Positions 17,621-29,814 of a stretch of DNA of 55,305 bases are shown in pieces. The DNA comes from Pirellulales bacterium (GTDB taxonomy: Bacteria; Planctomycetota; Planctomycetia; Pirellulales; UBA1268): assembly GCA_044234625.1 (NCBI GenBank), contig JBIIIP010000003.1:1-55305 (forward strand), in the 5' to 3' direction. The notes under the pieces are model-generated. The model made no database searches and was not told the origin of the DNA. It saw only the letters and a list, made by a program, of their open reading frames with translations. How positions within the stretch are numbered: the first letter of the stretch is position 1; each line of letters begins with the position of its first letter. Made by a program: the position numbers and the translations under genes.

Positions 17621-19327
17621 CTACTCCTCGACCCGCTTGGAAACGCGGAACACCTCGTCGAGCGTGGTGATGCCGCGGAGAGCCTTGGCCACGCCGTCGT
17701 TGAACATCACCTTCATTCCCTGGCTGCACGCCGCCCGGCGGATTTCCTGGGTGGGAGCCCCCTGGAAGGCCAGTTCACGAATTTTGGTCGTCATCACCAT
17801 CAGTTCGAAGATGCCCAGCCGGCCCTTGTAGCCCGATTTCTGGCAGTTCACGCAGCCGCGGCCCTTCATGAACGTCGCTCCCTTGAGCATTTCGGGGGTG
17901 ATGCCCGCCGCCTCGATCTGGGTGTCGAGAGGCTCATGGGGCTGCTTGCACTTCGGACAGTTCACGCGGATCAGTCGCTGGGCCAGCACGGCGATCACGC
18001 TGGAAGCCACCAGATACGCCGGCACGCCCATGTCGATCATGCGCGTGATGGCACCCGGGGCGTCGTTGGTGTGGAGCGTGGAAAACACGAGATGGCCTGT
18101 GAGCGAGGCCTGGATGCCCATCTGGGCCGTTTCCGTGTCGCGCATTTCCCCCACGAGGATCACGTTGGGGGCCTGCCGCAGCATTGCGCGGATGACGCGG
18201 GCAAAATCGAGCCCGATCGAGTGCTTGATCTCCACCTGGTTGATGCCCGTGAGGTAATACTCCACCGGGTCCTCGGCGGTGATGATCTTCGTGTCCGGGC
18301 GGTTCAGTTCGTTGAGCGACGCGTAGAGCGTCGTCGTCTTGCCGGAACCGGTGGGCCCGGTGACGAGGATGATGCCGTTGGGGCGACGGATGAGATTCTT
18401 GAACTGGCGGAAATCGCCTTCCGACAGCCCCAGTTGGCGGATGCCGACGCGGATGTTGTCTTTGTCGAGAATCCGCATCACCACCGACTGGCCGTGGTTG
18501 GTGGGCAGGACCGACACGCGGAGGTCGTAGTCCTTGCCGTCGGCCGTGAGTTTGATGCGGCCGTCCTGCGGCCGCCGCCGCTCGGCGATGTCGAGCTTGG
18601 CGAGGATCTTGATGCGGGAGAGAATCGCGCCGAGCAGCCGCCGCGGCGGATTGTCGCGCTCCACCAGCCGCCCGTCGATGCGGTAACGGATGCGAACACG
18701 GTCTTCGAAGGGCTCGATATGGATGTCGCTGGCCCGGAGCTGCACCGCCTCCGTGATGATGAGGTTCACGAGTTTCACCACCGGCGCGTCCGACGTCTCC
18801 TCCTGCTGCTGGTTGGCCTGCTGCTCGACGGCCGTTTCCGTGAAGTCGATGGCGGTGTCGGTGAACTCCTGCAGCATCGAGTCGGCGCTCTCGCCCTCGC
18901 CCGTGCCGTAGTGGCGATTGATCGCCTCCACGATCTGCTCCCGCGACGCGATCGCCAAGGCGATCTCGCGGTTGAGGATGAAGCGGAGCTTCTCCTGCGT
19001 GTCGATGTCGGTGGGGTCGCTGGTGGCGATCTGTAGGGCCGAGCCCTGCTCGGCGAGCGGGAAGATCGTGTTTTCGCGGGCCACGCTCTCGGGCAGCAGC
19101 CCCACGATCTCGTGCGACACCTCGATCCGCCCCAGGTCGATGAAATCGAGCCGATGCGCCTTGGCCAGCGCCTTCATCACCGTCTCGCCGGGTGCATAGC
19201 CCAGCCGCACGACCTCGTCATGGACGCGCTTGCCCGACGAGGTGGCGAGGCGGTGGGCCTCGGCCAGTTGCTCGGCGCTGACGATCCCCTCGTTGAGGAG
19301 GAGTGTGGAAAACGGATCGGTGGGCAT
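17621..19327 (-). CDS. pilB: Second GspE/PilB-type secretion/pilus assembly ATPase
   Basis: Walker A GPTGSGKTTTLYA. CPKC...CVNC tetracysteine. N-terminal T2SSE_N-like segment. Start assigned to ATG 19327 (MPTDPFSTLLL..), because the track ORF extension overlaps the cupin gene. Confidence 0.9.
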   Translation of the reverse strand: MPTDPFSTLLLNEGIVSAEQLAEAHRLATSSGKRVHDEVVRLGYAPGETVMKALAKAHRLDFIDLGRIEVSHEIVGLLPESVARENTIFPLAEQGSALQIATSDPTDIDTQEKLRFILNREIALAIASREQIVEAINRHYGTGEGESADSMLQEFTDTAIDFTETAVEQQANQQQEETSDAPVVKLVNLIITEAVQLRASDIHIEPFEDRVRIRYRIDGRLVERDNPPRRLLGAILSRIKILAKLDIAERRRPQDGRIKLTADGKDYDLRVSVLPTNHGQSVVMRILDKDNIRVGIRQLGLSEGDFRQFKNLIRRPNGIILVTGPTGSGKTTTLYASLNELNRPDTKIITAEDPVEYYLTGINQVEIKHSIGLDFARVIRAMLRQAPNVILVGEMRDTETAQMGIQASLTGHLVFSTLHTNDAPGAITRMIDMGVPAYLVASSVIAVLAQRLIRVNCPKCKQPHEPLDTQIEAAGITPEMLKGATFMKGRGCVNCQKSGYKGRLGIFELMVMTTKIRELAFQGAPTQEIRRAACSQGMKVMFNDGVAKALRGITTLDEVFRVSKRVEE

Positions 19328-19424
19328 CTGGGTGGCAGGAGAGGTGGCGGCGAATGGGGGGATGAAGACGAGGTCGGCCCCCGCTTCCCGTGCGAGCGGT
19401 GGCGGGCCGGAGCCCGCCGGAAGA

Positions 19425-19787
19425 TCACTCCTCCAAAAACGTATCCGAATGCTCGTATCCCGGGGCACAGGTGCACAAGAAGACGAGTTCCTCCACACCC
19501 GTGTTTCTGATGGTATGCCGCATTCCGGGAGGGATGGCAATGGCATCGCCTGGGCCGACGGGCCGGGTTTCGACCCCCAGCGTCATGTCGGCCGTGCCGC
19601 GGAGGATGTAGTAGATCTCCTCGGTGACCTTGTGGTGGTGGGGTGTGGTCGCCCGCCCAGGCGGGAGCCGGGCCTCGGCGAGGCTCTGGTGGCGGATCGC
19701 GGAATTGCGGTGGGCCATGAGCTCACGGATCGTCGAGCCGTCGACCGTGGTAAAGGGGAGAGTGGAGGCGTGATTGATGATGTCCAT
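19425..19787 (-). CDS. Cupin domain protein
   Basis: PHHHKVTEEIYYILRGTADMTLG...GDAIAIPPGMRHTIRN matches the two cupin motifs. ATG 19787 is preferred, since the upstream GTG 19829 lies in a repeat. Confidence 0.8.
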   Translation of the reverse strand: MDIINHASTLPFTTVDGSTIRELMAHRNSAIRHQSLAEARLPPGRATTPHHHKVTEEIYYILRGTADMTLGVETRPVGPGDAIAIPPGMRHTIRNTGVEELVFLCTCAPGYEHSDTFLEE

Positions 19788-19826
19788 GGAGATGTCGGGG
19801 TGGTTTTTGGATTGATGGCGGGTCAC

Positions 19827-19895
19827 CACGTGGCGACAGACCTCTGGTCTGTCGAGAAAACCGCATCGCAGACCGGAGGTCTACGCCACGTTGGG
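19827..19895. repeat. Composite palindromic repeat element of about 70 bp
   Basis: CACGTGGCGACAGACCTCTGGTCTGTCGAGAAAACCGCATCGCAGACCGGAGGTCTACGCCACGTTGGGG. Near-identical to 43866-43935. Confidence 0.85.
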
Positions 19896-19924
19896 GACAT
19901 CGCAGGCCGGAGGCTTGCGCCGCC

Positions 19925-20473
19925 TCATTCCTTTTTCTCATCGAGTGTGATTGACGCGGAGTTGATGCAATACCGCAGGCCCGTCGGCGGTGGCCCGTCG
20001 TTGAACACATGGCCGAGGTGGGCCCCGCAGCGGCGGCAGGTCACCTCCGTCCGCACCATGCCGAACGACAGATCCTCATGCTCGGCGACCGCCTCGCCCT
20101 TGACGTCTTCCTTCCGGGCGTCGATCGGCGCGGAAAAACTCGGCCAGCCGCATTCACTCGCGAACTTCTCGTCGGAACGAAACAACGGCTCGCCGCAGCA
20201 GATGCAGCGGTAGGTGCCGGGCGTTTTCGTGTTCCAGTATTTCCCGGTGAAGGCGCGCTCGGTGCCCTTCTTGCGCGTAACCTCGAACTGGGCGGGCGTG
20301 AGCCGGCGGCGATACTCCTCGTCGGTCTGCGGGATGGCGTCGTCGGGCAGGCGGCCGGCGATGGCGGGATTGGTCACGGCATCAGGATCGGCGGCGGACA
20401 CAGGCAGACCTCCCCGGAGGGCAAGGAACAGGCACACGCAAAGGCAGAGCCACGCCGGCTGCCCGCGCTGCAT
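19925..20473 (-). CDS. msrB: Peptide-methionine (R)-S-oxide reductase MsrB with predicted signal peptide
   Basis: CICCGEPLF and [12 protein letters not shown] zinc CxxC pairs. GLRYCINS catalytic Cys. Start assigned to ATG 20473 ([22 protein letters not shown]). The upstream track-ORF residues are translated repeats. Confidence 0.88.
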   Translation of the reverse strand: MQRGQPAWLCLCVCLFLALRGGLPVSAADPDAVTNPAIAGRLPDDAIPQTDEEYRRRLTPAQFEVTRKKGTERAFTGKYWNTKTPGTYRCICCGEPLFRSDEKFASECGWPSFSAPIDARKEDVKGEAVAEHEDLSFGMVRTEVTCRRCGAHLGHVFNDGPPPTGLRYCINSASITLDEKKE

Positions 20474-20598
20474 GGCGGGAAAAAGAGTGGCATAGACAGA
20501 ACGGAGGTTCGTCCTCATGGGGGGACAAGAACTGCGTAGACCTCCGGTCAGCGATGCCCCCCAAAGTGGCATAGACCTCCGGTCTGTGACGAAGAAGT

Positions 20599-20750
20599 CC
20601 GACAGACCGGAGGTCTGTCGCCACGTGGGGAAAGCTCCGACAGACCGGAGGTCTGTCGCCACGATGGGGAAAGCTCCGACAGACCGGAGGGCTGTCGCCA
20701 CGATGGGGAAAGCTCCGACAGACCGGGGGTCTGTCGCCACGATGGGAACG
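20599..20750. repeat. Tandem array (about 4 units of 38-39 bp) of the palindromic repeat
   Basis: Units CCGACAGACCGGAGGTCTGTCGCCACG(A)TGGGGAAAGCT start at 20599, 20637, 20676 and 20715 (the last is partial). Further degenerate copies at 20534-20590. Confidence 0.9.
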
Positions 20751-20783
20751 CGGCGACCGACCCGCGGCATGTCGCATGCGGAC

Positions 20784-21914
20784 TCATTTCCGCGGATCAG
20801 GCAGCTTCTTCGCTTCATAGGGGTGGCTCCGCTTTCTCACCACGATCGCCTTTTCGATCTTATCCCGCTCAGGACTCGCTGTCGGCCCCTCCGTGCGGGC
20901 GATCTTGGGGAGCACATCGAAGCCCTCGATCACCCGGCCAAACACGGTGTGTTTGCCATCGAGATGCTCCGTCGGCCGAAACGTCAGGAAGAACTGCGAG
21001 CCTCCGGTGTCTTGCCCGGCATGGGCCATGGAAAGGGTGCCGAGGAAATGCTTGCGGGCATCGGGGAGGCCGCACTCGCACGCGATCGCGTAGCCCGGTC
21101 CGCCGGCTCCGGAGCCGGTCGGATCGCCACCCTGGGCCATGAAGCCGCCGATCACCCGGTGGAACGGCGTGCCGTCATAAAACCCCTTCTCCACCAACTC
21201 GATAAAGTTGGCGACGGTGTTTGGGGCCTCGTTTTCAAAGAGTTCCACCACGATGTCGCCTTGCGACGTGGTGATCTTCACCCGCGGCAGGTCGTCGGCC
21301 TCGGCTTCGGCAGCCCGCTTCGCCATCTCGGCATCCACCTTCGACCGCTCGGCCTCGAGGGCCGCGGACAGTTCGGCCAGTTTCGCCTTCGGCATGCCGT
21401 CGGCGTCGGCGCGTTTCAGCCAGGCGGCCGCTTCATCCAGGCGGGAAAGCATCATCGCGGCGGCGGCCCCCATCATGTCAATGTCGCCATCGCGGACGCC
21501 CGCGGCATGGAGCCTCTCGGCCGCCGCGCCGGCCTTTTGGGGATCGTCGGTCTGCAGGCTTCCGGCCACCACGGCGCCGCAGTATTGGAGCGCCTGCTCG
21601 TTGCGGGGATCGGCCGCGGTGAGCGAGAAAGCGGCCTCTTCGAGGCGATCCCAAGCCGCCTGGGCCTTGGCCTTCGTGGCATCGAACCTGGCTTCGATGG
21701 CCGGCTTGTTCGCATCCGGCTTTTGGTACTCGGCCTGGAGGACGGCAAGGTCGCCGACGAGCGTCTTGTGCTCCTTCCGGGCTGCGTCGAACGCGGCCTG
21801 CGCCTGGGCCGCGTCGGGCTTGGCTTCCACGGCCGACGGCTGGGCGAAGGCCACCTGACAGGCCATCCCGGCCGCGGCGGCCACGGCGGCGGTTCGCCAC
21901 GCTCTCATCTGCAT
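20784..21914 (-). CDS. Cyclophilin-type peptidyl-prolyl cis-trans isomerase with signal peptide and helical N-domain
   Basis: C-terminal [25 protein letters not shown]...[28 protein letters not shown] is the cyclophilin signature. Start at ATG 21914 ([24 protein letters not shown]). Confidence 0.88.
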   Translation of the reverse strand: MQMRAWRTAAVAAAAGMACQVAFAQPSAVEAKPDAAQAQAAFDAARKEHKTLVGDLAVLQAEYQKPDANKPAIEARFDATKAKAQAAWDRLEEAAFSLTAADPRNEQALQYCGAVVAGSLQTDDPQKAGAAAERLHAAGVRDGDIDMMGAAAAMMLSRLDEAAAWLKRADADGMPKAKLAELSAALEAERSKVDAEMAKRAAEAEADDLPRVKITTSQGDIVVELFENEAPNTVANFIELVEKGFYDGTPFHRVIGGFMAQGGDPTGSGAGGPGYAIACECGLPDARKHFLGTLSMAHAGQDTGGSQFFLTFRPTEHLDGKHTVFGRVIEGFDVLPKIARTEGPTASPERDKIEKAIVVRKRSHPYEAKKLPDPRK

Positions 21915-21963
21915 GCGATGTCTCCGAAAAAAGTCTTCTCTGGACAACGGTACGATACCAGCC

Positions 21964-22590
21964 ATGGCACGCCATACGAAACCACCGTCCCTCGATCAGG
22001 CGGCCAATCTGCCGCGGATCGTGGGGGGGAGCCTGCGCGGGCGGCGATTGGAGTTTGCACCCGCGGCCCGGACGCGGCCGATGAAGGACCGCGTGCGGGA
22101 GACGCTGTTCGACCTGCTCGGCCAGCGGGTGAAAGGGGCCCTGGCGATCGACCTCTTCGCCGGCAGCGGGGCCCTGGGCTTCGAGGCAATCAGCCGTGGG
22201 GCGGCGCGGGCGATCTTCGTGGAGCGGCATTTTCCCACCGCTGACGCGGTGCGCCGGTCGGCGGCAAGCCTGGGCGTGGCCGAGCAGGTGGAGGTGCGGC
22301 CGGGCGACGCGCTGCTCTGGGCGAAGCGGCTTGCCGATCTGCCGACGGGCTCGCCGTGGGTCGTGTTCGTCTCGCCGCCCTGGTCTTTTTTTCACGAGCG
22401 GACCGCGGAACTGATGGCCTTGGTCACGTCCCTTGAAAGAGCGGCGCCAGAGGGGAGCCTGTTCGCCGTGGAGAGCGACACGTCGTTTGCGGCGACGGCG
22501 CTTCCCGCAACGCTCGAGTGGCAATCGCGGCCGATCCCGCCGGCCGTGCTGCACATGGCCAGAAAGGGAGACGCGCCCGCCGCCGGGTGA
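21964..22590 (+). CDS. rsmD: 16S rRNA (guanine966-N2)-methyltransferase RsmD family
   Basis: RIVGGSLRGRRL...TRPMKDRVRETLFDLL...DLFAGSGALGFEAISRGA...FVSPPW blocks. Confidence 0.85.
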   Translation: MARHTKPPSLDQAANLPRIVGGSLRGRRLEFAPAARTRPMKDRVRETLFDLLGQRVKGALAIDLFAGSGALGFEAISRGAARAIFVERHFPTADAVRRSAASLGVAEQVEVRPGDALLWAKRLADLPTGSPWVVFVSPPWSFFHERTAELMALVTSLERAAPEGSLFAVESDTSFAATALPATLEWQSRPIPPAVLHMARKGDAPAAG

Positions 22591-22624
22591 GCAGGGGCGT
22601 CGCTCCGTCACAGGCCATGCGGTG

Positions 22625-24865
22625 TCAGCGGTTGTGCATGTCGCACGACACGCCGCCGGCAGCCGGCACATAACACGCCCGGGCGTAGTCCATCACCATG
22701 CGGTGCGAACTGAACCGCCACGCCAGCGAACTGATCGAATTCATCATCATCTTGATCCACGTGCGTGGGAGGCCGTCGGAATCACGGTCGTAGAACGTGG
22801 GGATGACCTCGTTCTCGAGCACCTTGTAGAGCGCCTCGTAGTCGCGCCGGTCGGTGATTTCGTCTTGGGCGTGGGTCTCCCCGCGGCCGATCGCAAAGCC
22901 GTTGCGGCCGTCATAGGCCTCCGCCCACCAGCCATCGAGGATCGAGCAGTTCAGGCCGCCGTTGAGCACCACCTTCTGGCCGCTCGTGCCCGACGCCTCC
23001 AGCGGCCGCCGCGGATTGTTGAGCCATACGTCGACACCCTGGATCAGGTGGCGGCAGACGTTGATGTCGTAATCCTCCACGAACACGATGCGGCCCGCGG
23101 TGCGCGGTTCGTGCCGCAGGTTGGCGATCTTTCTGATGAGCGACTTGCCCGGCTCGTCGGCGGGATGCGCCTTCCCCGCGAAGATGATCTGGATCGGCCG
23201 CTCGGGATCGCTGATCAGCCCGACGAGTCGATCGAGATCGCCGAGCACGAGATCGGCCCGCTTGTAGGTGGCAAACCGGCGGGCGAAGCCGATCGTGAGC
23301 ACGTTCGGGTCGAGCACCGTCCGCGCCATCTCGACCGCCTCGTCGCACTCCCCGCGGCGGCGGCACTGCCTGCTCATCCGCCGGCGCACGAACTGGAGCA
23401 GCAGGTTTTTCAGCGCGTAATGCGTCTCCCACAGTTCGCCGGGATCGCATTCGTAGATCTTCTGCCACACGTCGGGCTCGCCCATGCGGCGGAACCAGTC
23501 GGCGGGAAAGAGGCGGTCGTAGAGTTGCAGCATCTGCCACGACAGCCAGCTCGGCACGTGCACGCCATTGGTGATGTGGCCGATCGGCACCTCCTCCTCC
23601 ACCCGCCACGGCCACAGGCTGGACCACATCTTCCGGCTCACATGGCCATGCAGGGCGCTCACGGCATTCGCCCGCCGCGACATCTTCAGCCCGAGCACCG
23701 TCATGCAGAACGGCTCGGCATGGTTGTGGGTCTCCACGCGGCCGAGGCCCATGAGGTGATCGTGGGAAATGCCCAGGGCATCGCGCATCGGACCCAGGTG
23801 CTCCTCCATGAGGCCATTGTCGAAGCGGTCGTGGCCGGCCGGCACGGGCGTGTGCGTGGTGAAGACGGTCTGCCGGGCGACCTTGCGCACGGCGTCGTCG
23901 AAGGAGTAGCCGTCGCGGTCCATCCTCCCGCGCACCGCCTCGAGCGTGGCGAAGACGGAGTGGCCCTCGTTGAGGTGGTAGACGCCCGGCACGATGCCCA
24001 GCGCCCGGATCGCCTTCACGCCCCCCACGCCGAGCACCAGCTCCTGACGGATCCGCGTGCGCGTGTCGCCGCCATACAGACGGCTGGTGAGTTTGCGGTC
24101 TTCGGGGGAATTGCCGTCGACGTTGCAGTCGAGGAGGTAGAGCTCGACGCGGCCCACCGCCATCTTCCACACCTGCGCAAAAATCGGGCCCGACCGCGTA
24201 TCGACCTGCACCATGATCGGCTTCCCGTCCGACCCGATCGCCGGGTCGATCGGCAAAACCTCGACCCGCGACTGCAGGTATTCCTCGTGCTGGTAGCCAT
24301 CGACGTCGAGCTGCTGGCGGAAGTAGCCCTGGTCGTAAAACAGGCCCACCGCCACGAGCGGAATGCCGAGGCCGCTGGCGCTCTTGATATGGTCGCCCGC
24401 GAGCACGCCGAGGCCGCCGGAATAGATCGGCACCGACTCGTGGATGCCGAACTCTGCTGAGAAATAGACGACCGGCTTCGAGCCGAGTACGCCGGCGTGG
24501 ACGTTGCTCCAGGTCGATTCCGCCGCCATGTATTCTTTGAGCCGGCGAAATGCCTGGTTGATTCGGCTGTACAGCACGAGTTCCGCGGCGCGGGCCTCGA
24601 GCCGCTCGGGCGTGAACTCGGCCAGCAAGGCGATCGGGTTGTGGTCGAGCTGCCGCCAACGGATCGGGTCGAGCTCACGAAACAGGTTCGTGACTTCCGG
24701 GTGCCAGCTCCACCACAGGTTGCGGGCCAGGGCCATGCACTTGTCATACAGATGCTGCGGCGACAACTCGTCGAGACGCAGCGGAGCGAAGCCTCCGGGC
24801 GCCGCGCTCTTGCCAGAGGGGATCGAGGGAGCGGAACGGGTGGCCACTTCTTTGGCATGGCTCAT
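22625..24865 (-). CDS. glgP: Alpha-glucan (glycogen/maltodextrin) phosphorylase family protein
   Basis: N-terminal NLWWSWHPE..LFRELDPIRW block. LEASGTSGQKVVLNGG PLP-Lys block. Start at ATG 24865 (MSHAKEV). The remainder of the 1195-aa track ORF is antisense to the next gene. Confidence 0.9.
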   Translation of the reverse strand: MSHAKEVATRSAPSIPSGKSAAPGGFAPLRLDELSPQHLYDKCMALARNLWWSWHPEVTNLFRELDPIRWRQLDHNPIALLAEFTPERLEARAAELVLYSRINQAFRRLKEYMAAESTWSNVHAGVLGSKPVVYFSAEFGIHESVPIYSGGLGVLAGDHIKSASGLGIPLVAVGLFYDQGYFRQQLDVDGYQHEEYLQSRVEVLPIDPAIGSDGKPIMVQVDTRSGPIFAQVWKMAVGRVELYLLDCNVDGNSPEDRKLTSRLYGGDTRTRIRQELVLGVGGVKAIRALGIVPGVYHLNEGHSVFATLEAVRGRMDRDGYSFDDAVRKVARQTVFTTHTPVPAGHDRFDNGLMEEHLGPMRDALGISHDHLMGLGRVETHNHAEPFCMTVLGLKMSRRANAVSALHGHVSRKMWSSLWPWRVEEEVPIGHITNGVHVPSWLSWQMLQLYDRLFPADWFRRMGEPDVWQKIYECDPGELWETHYALKNLLLQFVRRRMSRQCRRRGECDEAVEMARTVLDPNVLTIGFARRFATYKRADLVLGDLDRLVGLISDPERPIQIIFAGKAHPADEPGKSLIRKIANLRHEPRTAGRIVFVEDYDINVCRHLIQGVDVWLNNPRRPLEASGTSGQKVVLNGGLNCSILDGWWAEAYDGRNGFAIGRGETHAQDEITDRRDYEALYKVLENEVIPTFYDRDSDGLPRTWIKMMMNSISSLAWRFSSHRMVMDYARACYVPAAGGVSCDMHNR

Positions 24866-24967
24866 GGGGAAGCTCCGGACGTGGTGTGGAGGTGGAGGGA
24901 TCTGAGCCAGAAGGAACGGGAGTATACCCCTTCGAAAAGCGTCCGTCGCCCCCGCCATAATGACGGG

Positions 24968-26011
24968 ATGCCCCGCGCTCCCCGCCATCCGCCTGAACCC
25001 GACGCGTTGCGAGCCGCATGCGATCGGCTCGCTGCGCGGGCCGCCGAGACCGCGTGCACCGGGCCGTGGGTGAGCGGAGCCTTTCGGGAATTGGCCGACG
25101 CCGGCGTGCTTGCCGCCTTCATCGACCAGGACAGTGGCGGCGCCCCTGCCCCTGACGCCGATCGGCAGGCGATGTTCGTGGCCATCGCCGAGCGGTGCCT
25201 GACGACGGGGCTGGCGCTGTCGCAATGGGCGGCCGCCTGCCAGATCATCCACCGAGCCGACGCCGCCACCCGCCGCCATTGGCTCCCGCCTCTGGCTCGC
25301 GCCGACATGTTCACCACGGTCGGTGTGTCGCAGCTCTCCACGAGCCGCCAGCACCTCGGCGCCGCCGCGCTCACGGCCACCCGCGACACCATTGGCTGGC
25401 GGCTCGACGGACTCTGCCCGTGGGTGACCGGGGCCGATTCCGTCGACACGATCGTAACGGGCGCCGCCACGGATGATGGTCCGCTGTTCTTCGTGGTCGA
25501 GACCGGCGCCGATGGCGTGCTCATCGAGCCACCGCTCGACATGCTCGCGCTCTCGGGCAGCCGCACGTCGGTCGTGCGGCTCCAGGGAGCCAGGCCGGCC
25601 GCGGCAATCGCACCGCCCTCCGGCGGCGGGCTCCGCACCGGCGGCCTGACGACCTCGGCACTGGCCATCGGGGCTGCCCGCGCGAGCGTGGCCGTGCTCG
25701 GTCGGGAGGCGGAACAACGGCCGACGCTCGGGCCGATCGTCGAACGGCTGCGGGCTGAAGCAGACGACCTCGCGCGCACACTCCTCGAAGCGGCCACAGC
25801 CGGCATCGAGCCCGCGGACCGCGATCGTCTCCGGGCCGAATGCAACAGCCTCGTCGTGCGGGCGGCGCAGGCCGCGCTCACGGCGAGCAAGGGGGCGGGC
25901 TTCGTGAACGGCCATCCGGTCGAACGGCTGGTGCGCGAGGCGATGTTTTTTCTGGTTTGGAGTTGCCCGCAGGCCGTGGCCGACGCCTGTCTGGCGGAAG
26001 CCGCGGGCTGA
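24968..26011 (+). CDS. Acyl-CoA dehydrogenase family protein (short form)
   Basis: 347-aa ORF starting at ATG 24968. General ACAD-like layout (..GWRLDGLCPWVTGA.., C-terminal ..KGAGFVNGHPVERLVREAMFF). Family call only. Confidence 0.6.
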   Translation: MPRAPRHPPEPDALRAACDRLAARAAETACTGPWVSGAFRELADAGVLAAFIDQDSGGAPAPDADRQAMFVAIAERCLTTGLALSQWAAACQIIHRADAATRRHWLPPLARADMFTTVGVSQLSTSRQHLGAAALTATRDTIGWRLDGLCPWVTGADSVDTIVTGAATDDGPLFFVVETGADGVLIEPPLDMLALSGSRTSVVRLQGARPAAAIAPPSGGGLRTGGLTTSALAIGAARASVAVLGREAEQRPTLGPIVERLRAEADDLARTLLEAATAGIEPADRDRLRAECNSLVVRAAQAALTASKGAGFVNGHPVERLVREAMFFLVWSCPQAVADACLAEAAG

Positions 26012-26021
26012 CTTCAATTCC

Positions 26022-26055
26022 GAATTCGGTGGCGCACCGGCTCCGGGGCGGCAAA
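26022..26055. repeat. Second repeat family (GCGCACCGGCTCCGGGNCGGCAAAAGTC..CGCT)
   Basis: Near-identical to 36138-36171. Confidence 0.75.
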
Positions 26056-26150
26056 AGTCGCCGCTGAGCGGTCTTTCAGATTGTCGCGTGGGCAGGGTAG
26101 CCAAACGCTCCTCGCGCGTTCGCCGATCCCTTCGCCTGCGTCTCTCCCCC

Positions 26151-26297
26151 GTGGCGACAGACCTTTCCGCCACGTGGCGACGGACCTCCGGTCTGTCGGA
26201 CTTTTTAGTCACAGACCAGAGGTCTATGCCACTTTCCCAACCGTGGCGACAGACCTCCGGTCTGTCGAAGTTCTTAGAGGTCTATGCCACGTGGGGG
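26151..26297. repeat. Cluster of palindromic repeat modules
   Basis: Core hairpins at 26179-26197 and 26248-26266, plus half-sites GTGGCGACAGACC and GGTCTATGCCAC(G). Confidence 0.85.
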
Positions 26298-26320
26298 CAT
26301 CACAGGCCTCTCCCTCGTGG

Positions 26321-29693
<3,373 letters not shown>

Positions 29694-29814
29694 GCCATCA
29701 CCTCGCACCTGCCGATGGGCCCGCGGAGCGCGCGGGCGGGGGGAGAATTCACCGGGAAAACGCCAAAAAAACAAGATCACTTTCCGGGGCCTGCGAAACG
29801 GTCTGCGGCTTTTT

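Noticed and set aside
17217-17729. 171-aa N-terminal extension of the PilT ORF, and similarly 19328..19546 for the PilB-like ORF
   Set aside because: The extensions are low-complexity translations of intergenic or repeat sequence. The PilB extension overlaps the cupin gene. Conserved N-termini begin at the internal ATGs.
1-19327. Search for secretin, prepilin peptidase, GspC/L/M or PilM/N/O/P within the pilus-like string
   Set aside because: No ORF in the window shows secretin beta-domain/N-domain patterns, the peptidase A24 DxD motifs or actin-like PilM motifs. These are reported as absent from this window rather than called.
20599-20750. Regularly spaced repeats that superficially resemble a mini CRISPR array
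   Set aside because: The 'spacers' between palindromes are identical (TGGGGAAAGCT) and only about 11-12 nt long. The unit length is 39 bp and no cas genes are present. It is a plain tandem repeat of the dispersed palindrome.
24866-26212. N-terminal 450-aa extension of the 1195-aa track ORF 22625..26212
   Set aside because: The phosphorylase homology starts at MSHAKEV (ATG 24865). The upstream part is antisense to the acyl-CoA dehydrogenase-like gene and then runs through intergenic repeats.
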